Shown: positions 20,107-29,372 of the stretch, piece by piece
Numbering within the stretch: position 1 is the stretch's first letter
How the letters are laid out: every line of letters starts with the position of its first letter
Origin: Geomonas oryzisoli
GTDB lineage: Bacteria > Desulfobacterota > Desulfuromonadia > Geobacterales > Geobacteraceae
NCBI RefSeq assembly: GCF_018986915.1
Contig: NZ_CP076723.1
Coordinates: 3,964,228 to 3,996,227 of the forward strand
Direction of reading: 5' to 3'
DNA: 32,000 bases
The notes under the pieces: model-generated
Seen by the model: the letters and a program-made list of their open reading frames with translations, nothing else
What the model was told of the DNA's origin: nothing
Databases searched by the model: none
Position numbers and translations under genes: made by a program

Positions 20107-22557
20107 ATGACTATCAAGACCAAGCTGACCCTGAACGTAGTCACCGTGATCCTCATCGTGGCAGGAGTTGCCATCGCCAGCATCGTCGGCATGCGCTTTG
20201 TCGACAGCAAGCTCCAGGACCTCACCCAGCGCAGCACCCCGTTCCAGATGAGGACGGTCGAATTCCAGCGCCAGATCCAGGAGGCGACGGCCGACCTGAT
20301 CAAGGCGAGCGTCTCCCGCAACCGCAGCGAATTCGAAGCGGCCAAGACCGAGTCGGACAAATCTCTCGCCCAGGTGGAGACCGGCCAGGGGGCGCTGCAG
20401 GCACTCTCCGGCGACGTGAAGCTGGAGGCGCACCAGGCACTGACCGGCATAGCCGGCGAGATCTTCACGGTCACCAGGGGGAAGCTCAAGGCCGAGGAGG
20501 ATGCGGCCGCGGCCAACAAGAGCATCACCGAACGGATCAGGGAAGCGACGGCACGCCTTAAGGAGCTCGACGCCAAGATCAAGGGGCTGCAGTCGGCCAG
20601 CTCCAGCTCCTACAGCAGGTCCGTCACCGAGACCAAGGGGGTGTCGGACCGGGTGCGCAACGTTGAGGCGCTCAAGCTGACCCTCAAGGACTTCCACCTG
20701 GGACTGCTGGAGGTGAGCAAGACCCAGAGCAAGAAGGCGGTGCTGATCTCGCTCGCCAAGTGCAACTCCGCGATGAACAAGGCGCTGCAAAACGAGATCG
20801 CCAAAAGCTCCGGCAGCATCTCGGCGGACCTCAAGTACCTGAACGGCAGGATCGCCCCCTTCGGCAAGGCGCAGACGGCCGCGATCGAACCGGGCGTCAC
20901 CGACACCTCGGCGCGGGACCAGCTCTTCGCCGAGATCACCCAGAAGATGAACGCGGTGAACCTGGTCCTGGAGCAGGAGGCCGCCATGGCCTCCGACACC
21001 CTCTCCTCGGAAAGCCGCAAGCAGTCTTCCTATTTCAACAACTCCACCGTGGCCACCTCCGTCATGGCCGGCAATTCCGAGCTCCTCTCGCTCGGGCTCA
21101 AGGTGGACGGGCTCGCCTCGCGTCTGTTCACGGCCGGCAGCGCGAAGGACGTCGACGCCATCGAGGCCGAGCTGAACGGGATCTTCGGCCGCGTAGGCCA
21201 GGTGGACGCCCAGCTCGCCAAGGCACTGGCGAAGCTCAACGCGCGCGGCGAGGCCGCCCTGCTGCACCAGGCCGAGGGGGCGCTCTCCACCATCAAGGGG
21301 CTGCTCTTCGTCAAGGACGGCGTCCTTTCCAAGATCCGCAACCGGCTCGACATGGAAGCCAAGGCGGCCACCGCCATGGGCAAGCTGCGCGAGATCGTCA
21401 AGCAGCAGGCCGAGAGCGGACAGAAAACGGTGAGCGTCGCCCAGGTGGACCAGGAAAAGGCGATCACCACCGTGAACAAGATGGTCCGCTTCTCGACGCT
21501 GCTCATCGCCGCCATCAGCGTCGGGGCGGTGATATTCGGCATCATCTTCGGGATCTGGGTGTACCGCTCCATCTCGCGCCCTCTGGCCCAGTTGTTGGGG
21601 GTGTCGCAGGCGGTGGCCAAGGGGGACCTCGGGGTACGCATCGACAGCAACAACGGCGACGAGGTGGGCAAGGTCCAGACGGCCATGGCGGAGATGGTGG
21701 ACAACCTGCGGGGGATGGTGGGCAAGATCAAGGACGCCACCCAGAGCCTCGCCAGCAGTTCCGAGGAGCTTTCCGCCACGGCGGTGGCCCTGGAACAGGG
21801 GGCCGAGGAGCAGACCGCGCGCATCGACCAGTCGGCCACGGCCATGACCGAGATGACCCAGACCACCATGGAGGTGGCCAGGAACTCCAGCGACACCTCG
21901 GACGCGGCCACCCAGATGAAGGGGATCGCCGAGCGGGGCAAGCTTGCCATGCAGGAAACGGCGCAGGAGCTGGACCGCTTCGCCGAGTCGGTAAACCAGG
22001 CGGCCCAGAAGGTGGAGTCGCTTGGGAAACAGTCGGAGGAGATCAGCGACGTGGTGACCCTGATCAACGACATCGCCAACCAGACCAACCTGCTGGCCCT
22101 CAACGCAGCCATCGAGGCGGCGCGCGCCGGGGAGCAGGGGCGCGGCTTCGCCGTGGTCGCCGACAACGTCCGGGAGCTGGCCGAGCGCACCAGCACCGCG
22201 ACCCAGGAGATATCCCAGACCGTGAAGACGATGCAGAACAGCGTCAGGTCCTCGGTCGACTACATGCAGGAGGAGAGGGAATCGGTGCTGAAGGTCCAGG
22301 GGCAGGTGCAGCAGACCCTGGTCGCCATCGGCGAGATCGTGAGCTACGTGGAGCAGGTGGCGGACATGGTGCAAAGGATCGCGGTAGCCGCCGAGGAGCA
22401 GTCCTCCACCAGCGGCGAGGTGTCCCAGAACATGGAGGGGGTGCACCAGATCGCCAAGGAGCTCAGAAGCTCCTTCACCGACATCCGCCACTCCTCCGGG
22501 AGCCTGTCCCAGCTCGCCACCGAATTGAACGGCATGGTGGGGTGGTTCAGGGTGTAG
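20107..22557 (+). CDS. Methyl-accepting chemotaxis protein with an unusually long (about 430 aa) predicted helical periplasmic domain, HAMP and an MCP signalling domain, 816 aa
   Basis: TM1 is at aa 8-30 and TM2 is [25 protein letters not shown], near aa 460-485. The HAMP segment is [21 protein letters not shown]. The hairpin tip is [40 protein letters not shown]. Confidence 0.9.
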   Translation: MTIKTKLTLNVVTVILIVAGVAIASIVGMRFVDSKLQDLTQRSTPFQMRTVEFQRQIQEATADLIKASVSRNRSEFEAAKTESDKSLAQVETGQGALQALSGDVKLEAHQALTGIAGEIFTVTRGKLKAEEDAAAANKSITERIREATARLKELDAKIKGLQSASSSSYSRSVTETKGVSDRVRNVEALKLTLKDFHLGLLEVSKTQSKKAVLISLAKCNSAMNKALQNEIAKSSGSISADLKYLNGRIAPFGKAQTAAIEPGVTDTSARDQLFAEITQKMNAVNLVLEQEAAMASDTLSSESRKQSSYFNNSTVATSVMAGNSELLSLGLKVDGLASRLFTAGSAKDVDAIEAELNGIFGRVGQVDAQLAKALAKLNARGEAALLHQAEGALSTIKGLLFVKDGVLSKIRNRLDMEAKAATAMGKLREIVKQQAESGQKTVSVAQVDQEKAITTVNKMVRFSTLLIAAISVGAVIFGIIFGIWVYRSISRPLAQLLGVSQAVAKGDLGVRIDSNNGDEVGKVQTAMAEMVDNLRGMVGKIKDATQSLASSSEELSATAVALEQGAEEQTARIDQSATAMTEMTQTTMEVARNSSDTSDAATQMKGIAERGKLAMQETAQELDRFAESVNQAAQKVESLGKQSEEISDVVTLINDIANQTNLLALNAAIEAARAGEQGRGFAVVADNVRELAERTSTATQEISQTVKTMQNSVRSSVDYMQEERESVLKVQGQVQQTLVAIGEIVSYVEQVADMVQRIAVAAEEQSSTSGEVSQNMEGVHQIAKELRSSFTDIRHSSGSLSQLATELNGMVGWFRV

Positions 22558-22632
22558 GCATTCTTTTTTATTAAGTTTTCGACTCCGATGATATATACTC
22601 GTCCGGGTATTTTATGAGGAGCAGGGAGTCGG

Positions 22633-23307
22633 ATGCGCATCCTGATCATCGAAGACGAGCAAAAGGCCGCCAATTACCTGAAGAAGGGGCTCACCGAGAA
22701 CGGCTTCAGCGTCGACATCGCCAACGACGGCGAGGACGGCCTGCACCTGGCCATGACCGAGCAGTACGACCTGATCATCCTCGACGTGATGCTCCCCATC
22801 AAGGGGGGATGGGCCATCATCCAGGAGCTTAGGGAGGCCGGCAAAGAGGTCCCGGTGATCTTTTTGTCCGCGCGGGACTCGGTGCACGACCGGGTGCACG
22901 GCCTGGAGCTGGGGGCGGACGACTACCTGGTGAAACCGTACGCCTTCTCGGAGCTTTTGGCCCGGATCAGGATCATCCTGCGCCGGCACCCCCTGCAGCA
23001 AAGCGAGCTGCTCAAGCTGGCCGACCTGGAGCTGGACCTGGTCCGGCACAAGGCCCGGCGCGGCGGCCAGACCCTCGACCTCACCGTGAAGGAGTTCCAG
23101 CTCCTCGCGCTGATGTTGAGGCGCCGCGGCGAGGTGCTTTCCCGCACCACCATCTCCGAGCAGGTGTGGGGCATCAACTTCGACAGCGACACCAACGTGG
23201 TGGACGTCGCCATCAGGAGATTGAGAAAGAAGGTGGACGATCCCTTTACCCTGAAACTCATCCACACCATCAGGGGGGTCGGCTATGTCATCGACGAAGC
23301 TGCCTGA
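22633..23307 (+). CDS. OmpR-family response regulator of the heavy-metal (CusR/CopR/CzcR-like) subfamily, 224 aa
   Basis: The N-terminus [32 protein letters not shown]......[11 protein letters not shown]...GW is followed by ...[25 protein letters not shown] and a winged-helix C-terminus (...[11 protein letters not shown]). Confidence 0.85.
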   Translation: MRILIIEDEQKAANYLKKGLTENGFSVDIANDGEDGLHLAMTEQYDLIILDVMLPIKGGWAIIQELREAGKEVPVIFLSARDSVHDRVHGLELGADDYLVKPYAFSELLARIRIILRRHPLQQSELLKLADLELDLVRHKARRGGQTLDLTVKEFQLLALMLRRRGEVLSRTTISEQVWGINFDSDTNVVDVAIRRLRKKVDDPFTLKLIHTIRGVGYVIDEAA

Positions 23308-24724
23308 CCAGCCCAACTCCTTCTCCATCACCGCCCGGCTGGTAGGTTTCTACCTCGTCGCCACCCTCTTGATCCTCCTTTGCACGAACTGGTTCCAATT
23401 CAAGGCCCTCTACAAAGACCTCGACTACGAGGACAACGACTTCCTGGTGGAGCGGATCGGGACGCTGCGGGACATCATCGCCCGCCACCCGGACGCGCTC
23501 AGGGACCAGATCCCGACCAACAAGCCGGGGCAGCCGAACCGGCACCTGGTGCGGGTCCAGGACGCCGAGGGGCGCACCCTGATGCAGTCGCCGGAGATGG
23601 CGGGGCTGGCGGTGGAACTTTTTCCCCCGGCGGTGACCAGTGCCGAGAAGATCAGCCGCGGCCGCAAGTACCGCGCTCCGGACAAGCGGCACTACCTGCT
23701 CAACGCCGCCTGGAGTGAGCGAAACGGCGATCCCCACTACCGGCTGATCCAGGTCGCGCTGGACATAAGCGACGAAGACGCGCTCATGTCCAAGTACCTT
23801 ATCCGGACTGCGGCCTCGGTGGCGACCGGCCTGCTGCTGGCGGCGCTGCTCGGGGTGACCATCACGCGGCGGGGCCTGCGGCCGTTGCAGGAAATGGCGG
23901 AAAAGGTGGCGCATATCACCGAGGCGGACCTGCACCAGCGCATCGGGACGGCGAACTGGCCGCGGGAGCTGACCCAGCTCACCGTGGCGTTGGATGCCAT
24001 GCTGGGGAGGCTCGAGGAATCCTTCGCCCGGCTTTCCGAATTTTCGGCCAACCTCGCCCACGAACTGCGCACTCCGATCAACAACCTGCGCGGCGAGGCC
24101 GAGGTGGCGCTGTCCCGGGCACGGTCGGAGGAGGAGTACCGACACATCATCGAATCCGCCATCGAGGAGTACGAGCGACTCTCCCGCATGGTGGGGGACA
24201 TCCTGTTCCTGGCGCGACCGGACCGCGCCTGCCAGCCGGTGCTGATCGACGCGCGGGCGGAGGTGGAGCGGCTGGCGGATTACTACGGCAACCTGGCCGA
24301 GGAGCAGCAGACCACGATCGTCATCGAAGGGGACGGTGAGGTCAGCGGCGATGCCAACCTGTTCCAGCGCGCCGTAGGCAACCTCATCTCCAACGCCCTG
24401 CATTACGGCTCCCGTTTCGGAGAGATCAGGGTGAAACTCAGCGAAACCGGCGACGGCGGCCTGGAAATCGCCGTGGAGGACGACGGCATGGGTATGGACC
24501 CGACCGAGCTGCCGCGCGTCTTCGACCGTTTCTACCGCTCGCCGCAGGCCCGCCAGATCTACAACCAGGGAAGCGGGCTCGGGCTTGCCATCGTGCGCTC
24601 CATCATGAATCTCCACGGCGGCACGGCCACGGTGGCCAGCCGTCCCGGCGCGGGAACCGTGGTAACCCTGCGTTTTCCGGCACCCCGACAGCGGGACACA
24701 GGAGCATCCGTTGCCGACACATGA
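23285..24724 (+). CDS. Heavy-metal-type sensor histidine kinase (CusS/CopS/CzcS-like; two TM helices, periplasmic loop, HAMP, HisKA, HATPase_c), 479 aa
   Basis: It overlaps the regulator gene by 23 nt. The N-terminus is [20 protein letters not shown]. The H-box is [24 protein letters not shown]. The N and G boxes are NLISNALHY and DDGMGM...[18 protein letters not shown]. Confidence 0.85.
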   Translation: MSSTKLPDQPNSFSITARLVGFYLVATLLILLCTNWFQFKALYKDLDYEDNDFLVERIGTLRDIIARHPDALRDQIPTNKPGQPNRHLVRVQDAEGRTLMQSPEMAGLAVELFPPAVTSAEKISRGRKYRAPDKRHYLLNAAWSERNGDPHYRLIQVALDISDEDALMSKYLIRTAASVATGLLLAALLGVTITRRGLRPLQEMAEKVAHITEADLHQRIGTANWPRELTQLTVALDAMLGRLEESFARLSEFSANLAHELRTPINNLRGEAEVALSRARSEEEYRHIIESAIEEYERLSRMVGDILFLARPDRACQPVLIDARAEVERLADYYGNLAEEQQTTIVIEGDGEVSGDANLFQRAVGNLISNALHYGSRFGEIRVKLSETGDGGLEIAVEDDGMGMDPTELPRVFDRFYRSPQARQIYNQGSGLGLAIVRSIMNLHGGTATVASRPGAGTVVTLRFPAPRQRDTGASVADT

Positions 24725-26927
24725 CCTAAAACCTGCGCAGACCGCCTCCACCCCGCGCCCCCCGATCCAGAGCCAGACCGTGCGCATCGTCGGGATCTAC
24801 GCTCTCTTCGGGCTCGCCTGGATCTACGGTTCCGACCACTTCATCGACCTCATCATCGACGACAAGGGGACGCTCCTCAAGATCGCCGTCATCAAGGGGT
24901 TCGTCTTCATCCTCTGCACGGCGACCCTGCTCTACTTCCTCATCAACCGCTTCCTCGGTGAGGTCGCGACGGCGGACCGCGAACGCCTGGAAAGCCTGGA
25001 GAGCCTGAGCCAGAGAAACGCACAGCTGCGCCTGTTCTTCGAGGCGGCGCCCGCGTCCCTGGCCATGTTCGACCGGGACATGCGCTACATCGAGGTGAGC
25101 CGTCGCTGGCTCTCCATGTACGGCCTGGGGGAGCGCGACATCCTGGGGCTGTCGCACTACGAGGTCTTCCCCGAGATCCCCGAGTACTGGAAGGAGTTCC
25201 ACCGTCGCGGCCTGGCCGGCGAGACCATCCGGGAGGAGGCGGACGAATTCCGGCGGGCGGACGGGTCGCTGCAGTACGTCAGGTGGGAGATCCGCCCCTG
25301 GTACCAAAAGCCCGGCGAGATCGGCGGCATCGTCATCTTCACCGAGGACATCACCGAAAGGAAGCAATTCGAGACCGCCCTGAGCGCCAACGAGCGTTTC
25401 CTGCGCCTGTTGACCGACCACCTCCCCGGCCTGGTCGGCTACTGGAAAGAGGACCTGACCTGCGGCTTCGCCAACAGGACCTACTGCGAGTGGTTCGGCA
25501 AGAAAGCGGAGGAGATCATCGGTGTGGGCATGCGCGAGCTCTTGGGAGAGGAGCTCTTCGCCCAGAACGAGCCGCACGTGCGCGCGGTGCTCGCGGGAGA
25601 GCCGCAGCAGTTCCAGCGGACGCTGGTGAAGCGCGACGGCGAGGTTGCCTACGTCTGGTCCCACTACATCCCCGACCTCGTGGACGGCTCCACCCGCGGC
25701 TTTTACGTGCTGGTGTCCGACGTCACCGAGCTGAAACGGGCCGAGGCGGAGAGGCAGCGGCTGGAGCACCAGCTGCAGCAGGCCCAGAAGATGGAGTCGG
25801 TGGGGAGGCTCGCCGGAGGGGTGGCGCACGACTTCAACAACCTGCTCACCGTCATCATGGGGCTGGCCCAGCTGGGGATACGGGAACTGGGGCCGGAACA
25901 CCCGACGCTGGTGCGGCTGGAGGGTATCCGCCAGGCGGCGGAAAAATCCGCGGCTCTCACCAGCCAGCTGCTCGGCTTCGCCCGCAAACAGACCATCGCG
26001 CCCAAGGTCCTTAACCTGAACCGTGCCGTCGAAGAGATGCTGAAGATGCTCAAGCGCCTGGTGGGAGAGGACATCGATCTCGCCTGGAGCCCGGGGAAGG
26101 AGCTGTGGCAGGTGTGCATGGACCCGTCGCAGCTGGACCAGATCCTCGCGAACCTCTGCGTCAACGCGCGCGACGCCATCGCGGACATCGGCAAGATCAC
26201 CATCGAAACCGGCAACGTCTCCTTCGACGCCGAGTACTGCAACGCGCACTTCGACTTCGTCCCGGGCGATTACGTCCTGGTGGCGGTGAGCGACGACGGC
26301 TGCGGGATGGACCAGGAGACCCTGGCGCAGATCTTCGAGCCTTTCTTCTCCACCAAGGAGGTGGGGCGGGGCACGGGGCTGGGGCTCGCCACGGTGTACG
26401 GCATCGTGAAGCAGAACAACGGCTTCATCAACACCTACAGCGAACCGGGAGAAGGGACCACCTTCAAGGTCTACCTGCCGCGGTACACCGAGGAGGGGGC
26501 GCAAGCGGTGCCGGAAACGGCTCCGGCGCCGGCCACCGGCGGCAGCGAGACCATCCTGCTGGTCGAGGACGAGCCGAGCATCCTGAACGTTGCCGTATCG
26601 CTGCTGACCCTTCAGGGTTACCAGGTGCTGCCGGCGTCCAAACCCGAGGACGCGCTGGAATTCGCGCGGCAGTACCGCGACCGCATCGACCTGGTGGTCA
26701 CCGACGTCGTGATGCCGCAGATGAACGGCAGGGACCTGGTGCGCAGGCTGCTCACCTTCTGCCCCAAGGTGAAAAGCCTCTACATGTCCGGCTACACCGC
26801 CAACGTCATCGCCCACCACGGGGTGCTGGACCGGGGGGTGAACTTCATCTCGAAACCCTTCACCATGAACGATCTGGCCGCCAAGGTGCGCGCCGTGCTC
26901 GACGCGAAACCGGAAGAGGTCGCGTAG
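24711..26927 (+). CDS. Membrane-bound hybrid sensor histidine kinase (two TM helices, two PAS domains, HisKA, HATPase_c, C-terminal receiver), 738 aa
   Basis: The TTG start at 24711 has AGGAG 8 nt upstream and overlaps the upstream stop by 14 nt; a GTG near 24779 is an alternative start. PAS-like segments are present (FDRDMRYIEVSRRW..., FANRTYCEWFGK...). The H-box is VAHDFNNLLTVIMG. The ATPase motifs are DDGCGMD...GTGLGLATVYGIV. The receiver is ILLVEDEPSI...DLVVTDVVMPQMNG. Confidence 0.85.
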   Translation: MPTHDLKPAQTASTPRPPIQSQTVRIVGIYALFGLAWIYGSDHFIDLIIDDKGTLLKIAVIKGFVFILCTATLLYFLINRFLGEVATADRERLESLESLSQRNAQLRLFFEAAPASLAMFDRDMRYIEVSRRWLSMYGLGERDILGLSHYEVFPEIPEYWKEFHRRGLAGETIREEADEFRRADGSLQYVRWEIRPWYQKPGEIGGIVIFTEDITERKQFETALSANERFLRLLTDHLPGLVGYWKEDLTCGFANRTYCEWFGKKAEEIIGVGMRELLGEELFAQNEPHVRAVLAGEPQQFQRTLVKRDGEVAYVWSHYIPDLVDGSTRGFYVLVSDVTELKRAEAERQRLEHQLQQAQKMESVGRLAGGVAHDFNNLLTVIMGLAQLGIRELGPEHPTLVRLEGIRQAAEKSAALTSQLLGFARKQTIAPKVLNLNRAVEEMLKMLKRLVGEDIDLAWSPGKELWQVCMDPSQLDQILANLCVNARDAIADIGKITIETGNVSFDAEYCNAHFDFVPGDYVLVAVSDDGCGMDQETLAQIFEPFFSTKEVGRGTGLGLATVYGIVKQNNGFINTYSEPGEGTTFKVYLPRYTEEGAQAVPETAPAPATGGSETILLVEDEPSILNVAVSLLTLQGYQVLPASKPEDALEFARQYRDRIDLVVTDVVMPQMNGRDLVRRLLTFCPKVKSLYMSGYTANVIAHHGVLDRGVNFISKPFTMNDLAAKVRAVLDAKPEEVA

Positions 26928-26931
26928 CTAC

Positions 26932-26947
26932 ATGACAGAAATGTCAT
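26932..26947. promoter_or_regulatory. Perfect inverted repeat ATGACA-GAAA-TGTCAT, matching the CusR/CopR/HprR-type box half-sites and spacing
   Basis: ATGACA is at 26932-26937, GAAA at 26938-26941 and TGTCAT at 26942-26947. It starts 5 nt after the hybrid kinase stop and about 34 nt upstream of a TATTAT -10-like hexamer. The E. coli CusR box is ATGACAA-NN-TTGTCAT, which is ATGACA-N4-TGTCAT. Confidence 0.55.
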
Positions 26948-26980
26948 CTGACTGCAATGCAACGGCAAGGAGCGCTACCG

Positions 26981-26986
26981 TATTAT
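26981..26986 (+). promoter_or_regulatory. -10-like hexamer TATTAT with a weak -35 (activator-dependent look) upstream of the LtaS-family gene
   Basis: TATTAT lies at 26981-26986. The best -35 at 17-nt spacing is TGCAAC, which is a poor match. ATG 27026 is 40 nt downstream. Confidence 0.35.
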
Positions 26987-27025
26987 AGGCGGTATTTTTG
27001 TGTCACTAATTCAAGAGGTTTGTCT

Positions 27026-28927
27026 ATGCAGCAACGCCGACTGGGGCTGGTCGCCTTCGTCTCCCTCACATTTCTCGCTGTTTCCACCGCCATCCGCATC
27101 ATGCTGGCAGCCGCCACCCCGAAGGGGGCCGGCCTCAAACTCTCGCTGCTGCTCAAAGCGGCAGCCGCAGGCCTGTATTTCGACCTGGCTACCTTGGCCT
27201 ACGCCATCGTGCCGCTGGCGCTGTACCTGATCCTGATCCCGCGTCGGGCGGCGACGCACCGCCGGCACATCTGGCTGGTGCGCCTTTTCTTCGCCCTGTT
27301 CGTGGGCGTGCTGGTCTTCGACGTCTGCGCCGAGTACATCTTCTTCGACGAGTTCGGCACCCGCTTCAACTTCATCGCCATCGACTACCTGGTCTATACC
27401 CAGGAAGTGGTCGGCAACATCCGGGAGTCCTACCCGCTCAGCGTGATCTTCTCCGGCATCGGAGCCGTGGCGGCGGCCGTCTGCTGGGTCCTGAGAAAGC
27501 CGCTGACCCGCGGGGCGGAAGCGACCTTCAACGGTGCCTACCACCGCACCGGTTTCCTGCTCCTGCTGCCGGTCGTCCTCTCCTACGGCGTGGTCAACAT
27601 CTCCCAGTCGGCCATCTCCAAGAACAACTACGCCAACGAGATCGCGGGCAACGGGGTCTACAACCTGTTCGCCGCCTTCATCAACAACGAGCTTCCCTTC
27701 ACCAGGTTCTACCGGACCCTGCCGCAGAACCAGGTGAACGCGCGCCTGAGGACCCTGGTCGCGGAGCGCAACAACAGCTTCGTCGATCCCAAATCCGAGC
27801 GTTTCACCCGCAGCATCCGCGCCGAGGGGCCGGAGAAGCGCCTGAACCTGGTGGTGGTGGTCGAGGAGAGCCTGTCGGCCGAGTACCTGGGAACGTTCGG
27901 CAACACCAAGGGGCTCACCCCGAACCTGGACCGCCTGGCATCGCAGTCGCTTCTGTTCACCAACCTCTACGCCAACGGCACCCGCACCGTGCGCGGCCTG
28001 GAGGCGCTCACCCTCTCCGTCCCGCCGCTGCCGGGCACCTCGATCGTGAAGCGTCCCAACAACGGCGGCTTCCGTTCCTGGGGCGAGATCATGAACGCCA
28101 AGGGGTACCAGTCGAAGTACATCTACGCCGGGCACGGCTACTTCGACAACATGAACGCCTTCTTCTCGAGTAACGGCTACTCCATCGTGGACCGCACCGA
28201 CTTCGCCAAGGACGAGATCTCCTTCGCGAACGTCTGGGGGGTGTGCGACGAGGACCTTTTCCGCAAGGTGATCAAGGAGGGGACCAAGTCCTACGAAGCC
28301 GGCAAGCCCTTCTTCTCCATGGTGATGACCACCTCCAACCACCGTCCCTTCACCTATCCGGCGGGCAGGATCGACATCCCGGCCAAAAAGGGGCGTAACG
28401 GCGGGGTGAAATACGCCGACTACGCCATCGGCAGGCTGATCGCCGAGGCGAGCAGCAAGCCCTGGTTCAAGGACACCATTTTCGTCATCGTCGCCGACCA
28501 CTGCGCCGGCAGCGCCGGCAAGACCGACATCCCCATCAAGAAGTACGAGATCCCGCTTTTGGTGTACTCACCGGCGCACATCAAACCGGCTCGGGTGGAG
28601 AAGCTGATGAGCCAGATCGACGTCGCCCCCACCGTGCTCGGCCTGATGAACATGAGCTACCAGAGCGACTTCCTGGGACGCGACATCTTCAAGGACTCCG
28701 GCCAGCCCGGGCGCGCCTTCATCTCGACCTACCAGAAGCTGGGCTTTTTGACCGACAACGAGCTGCTGGTGCTTGGGCCGAGGCAGTATTCGGCGCAGTA
28801 CAAGGTGAACCGCAAGACCGGCGACGCCAAGAGCGAGCCGGTGACCGACGCCATGCTGGGCGACATGCTCGCGTACTACCAGGGGGCGGACTACCTGTAC
28901 CAGCACAGGCTGAACCGGATCCGCTAG
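27026..28927 (+). CDS. LTA-synthase / phosphoglycerol-transferase-like membrane sulfatase-family enzyme (alkaline-phosphatase superfamily), 633 aa
   Basis: I prefer ATG 27026 (MQQRRLGLVAFVSLTFLAV...) to the track start at 26957. There are about five N-terminal TM helices. The extracytoplasmic sulfatase domain reads NLVVVVEESLSAEYLGTFGN...TPNLDRLASQSLLFTNLYANGTRTVRGLEA...SNHRPFTYP...IVADHCAG. Confidence 0.8.
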   Translation: MQQRRLGLVAFVSLTFLAVSTAIRIMLAAATPKGAGLKLSLLLKAAAAGLYFDLATLAYAIVPLALYLILIPRRAATHRRHIWLVRLFFALFVGVLVFDVCAEYIFFDEFGTRFNFIAIDYLVYTQEVVGNIRESYPLSVIFSGIGAVAAAVCWVLRKPLTRGAEATFNGAYHRTGFLLLLPVVLSYGVVNISQSAISKNNYANEIAGNGVYNLFAAFINNELPFTRFYRTLPQNQVNARLRTLVAERNNSFVDPKSERFTRSIRAEGPEKRLNLVVVVEESLSAEYLGTFGNTKGLTPNLDRLASQSLLFTNLYANGTRTVRGLEALTLSVPPLPGTSIVKRPNNGGFRSWGEIMNAKGYQSKYIYAGHGYFDNMNAFFSSNGYSIVDRTDFAKDEISFANVWGVCDEDLFRKVIKEGTKSYEAGKPFFSMVMTTSNHRPFTYPAGRIDIPAKKGRNGGVKYADYAIGRLIAEASSKPWFKDTIFVIVADHCAGSAGKTDIPIKKYEIPLLVYSPAHIKPARVEKLMSQIDVAPTVLGLMNMSYQSDFLGRDIFKDSGQPGRAFISTYQKLGFLTDNELLVLGPRQYSAQYKVNRKTGDAKSEPVTDAMLGDMLAYYQGADYLYQHRLNRIR

Positions 28928-28967
28928 AGCCGGGACGGAACAGGCGGGAGATACCCGCGACAACGAC

Positions 28968-29004
28968 AAACGGGACGCAGCCTGATGAAGGCGCGTCCCG
29001 TTTT
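28968..29004. terminator. Bidirectional rho-independent terminator between convergent genes
   Basis: AAA-CGGGACGC-agcctgatgaaggc-GCGTCCCG-TTTT forms an 8-bp GC-rich stem flanked by an A-run and a T-run. It serves the plus-strand sulfatase-family gene and the minus-strand azlD. Confidence 0.75.
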
Positions 29005-29060
29005 CCTTTTCTCCTGTTCCGTTTCCGCTCGCCCCTGCTTGCGGCAGAGTATCGGCTCGG

Positions 29061-29372
29061 TCATAGCCCCATCTTGCGCACGGCGAAGATGACCAGCATG
29101 CCGCAGAGCATGGCGGCGAGGGTGTTGCGGGTGCGTAACACGACGATGGCGGTAAGCGCGGCGGCCATGAGTCCCCAGACGCCTTCGGCGACGATGGACG
29201 GCACCACGAGCGAGAACAACAGGGCCCCGGGCAGGGCATCCATGGCACGGCGGAAGCGACCGGAACGCGGGAAACGGGAGGCCAACAGCAACCCGCCCAG
29301 CCGCAAGGAGTAGGTCACCGCGGCGGCCAGTCCCACGGCGATCAGTACTTGAGGCTCAATAGCCGGCAGCAT
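29061..29372 (-). CDS. azlD: AzlD-family branched-chain amino acid transport protein, 103 aa
   Basis: ATG 29372 (MLPAIEPQVLIAVGLAAAVTYSLRLGG...) overlaps the azlC stop by 17 nt. The protein is small, hydrophobic and has four TM helices. The track's 190-aa version (to 29633) is an off-frame N-terminal extension inside azlC. Confidence 0.75.
   Translation of the reverse strand: MLPAIEPQVLIAVGLAAAVTYSLRLGGLLLASRFPRSGRFRRAMDALPGALLFSLVVPSIVAEGVWGLMAAALTAIVVLRTRNTLAAMLCGMLVIFAVRKMGL

Noticed and set aside
16670-22574. Long antisense or off-frame ORFs across the two MCP genes (16670..18208 minus, 512 aa; 20089..22491 minus, 800 aa; 20760..22574 plus, 604 aa; 21030..22196 minus, 388 aa)
   Set aside because: The plus-strand frames 16634..18256 and 20107..22557 carry unmistakable HAMP and MCP hairpin-tip signatures. 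The alternatives are Arg/Gly/His/Pro-rich shadows.
23288-28501. Long minus-strand ORFs opposite the kinase and sulfatase-family genes (23288..24787, 499 aa; 24726..26819, 697 aa; 27011..28501, 496 aa), plus the plus-strand ORFs 25283..26014 and 26105..26935
   Set aside because: These are shadows of well-supported plus-strand CDSs, which carry H-box, N/G boxes, PAS, REC and sulfatase motifs. There are no independent start signals.
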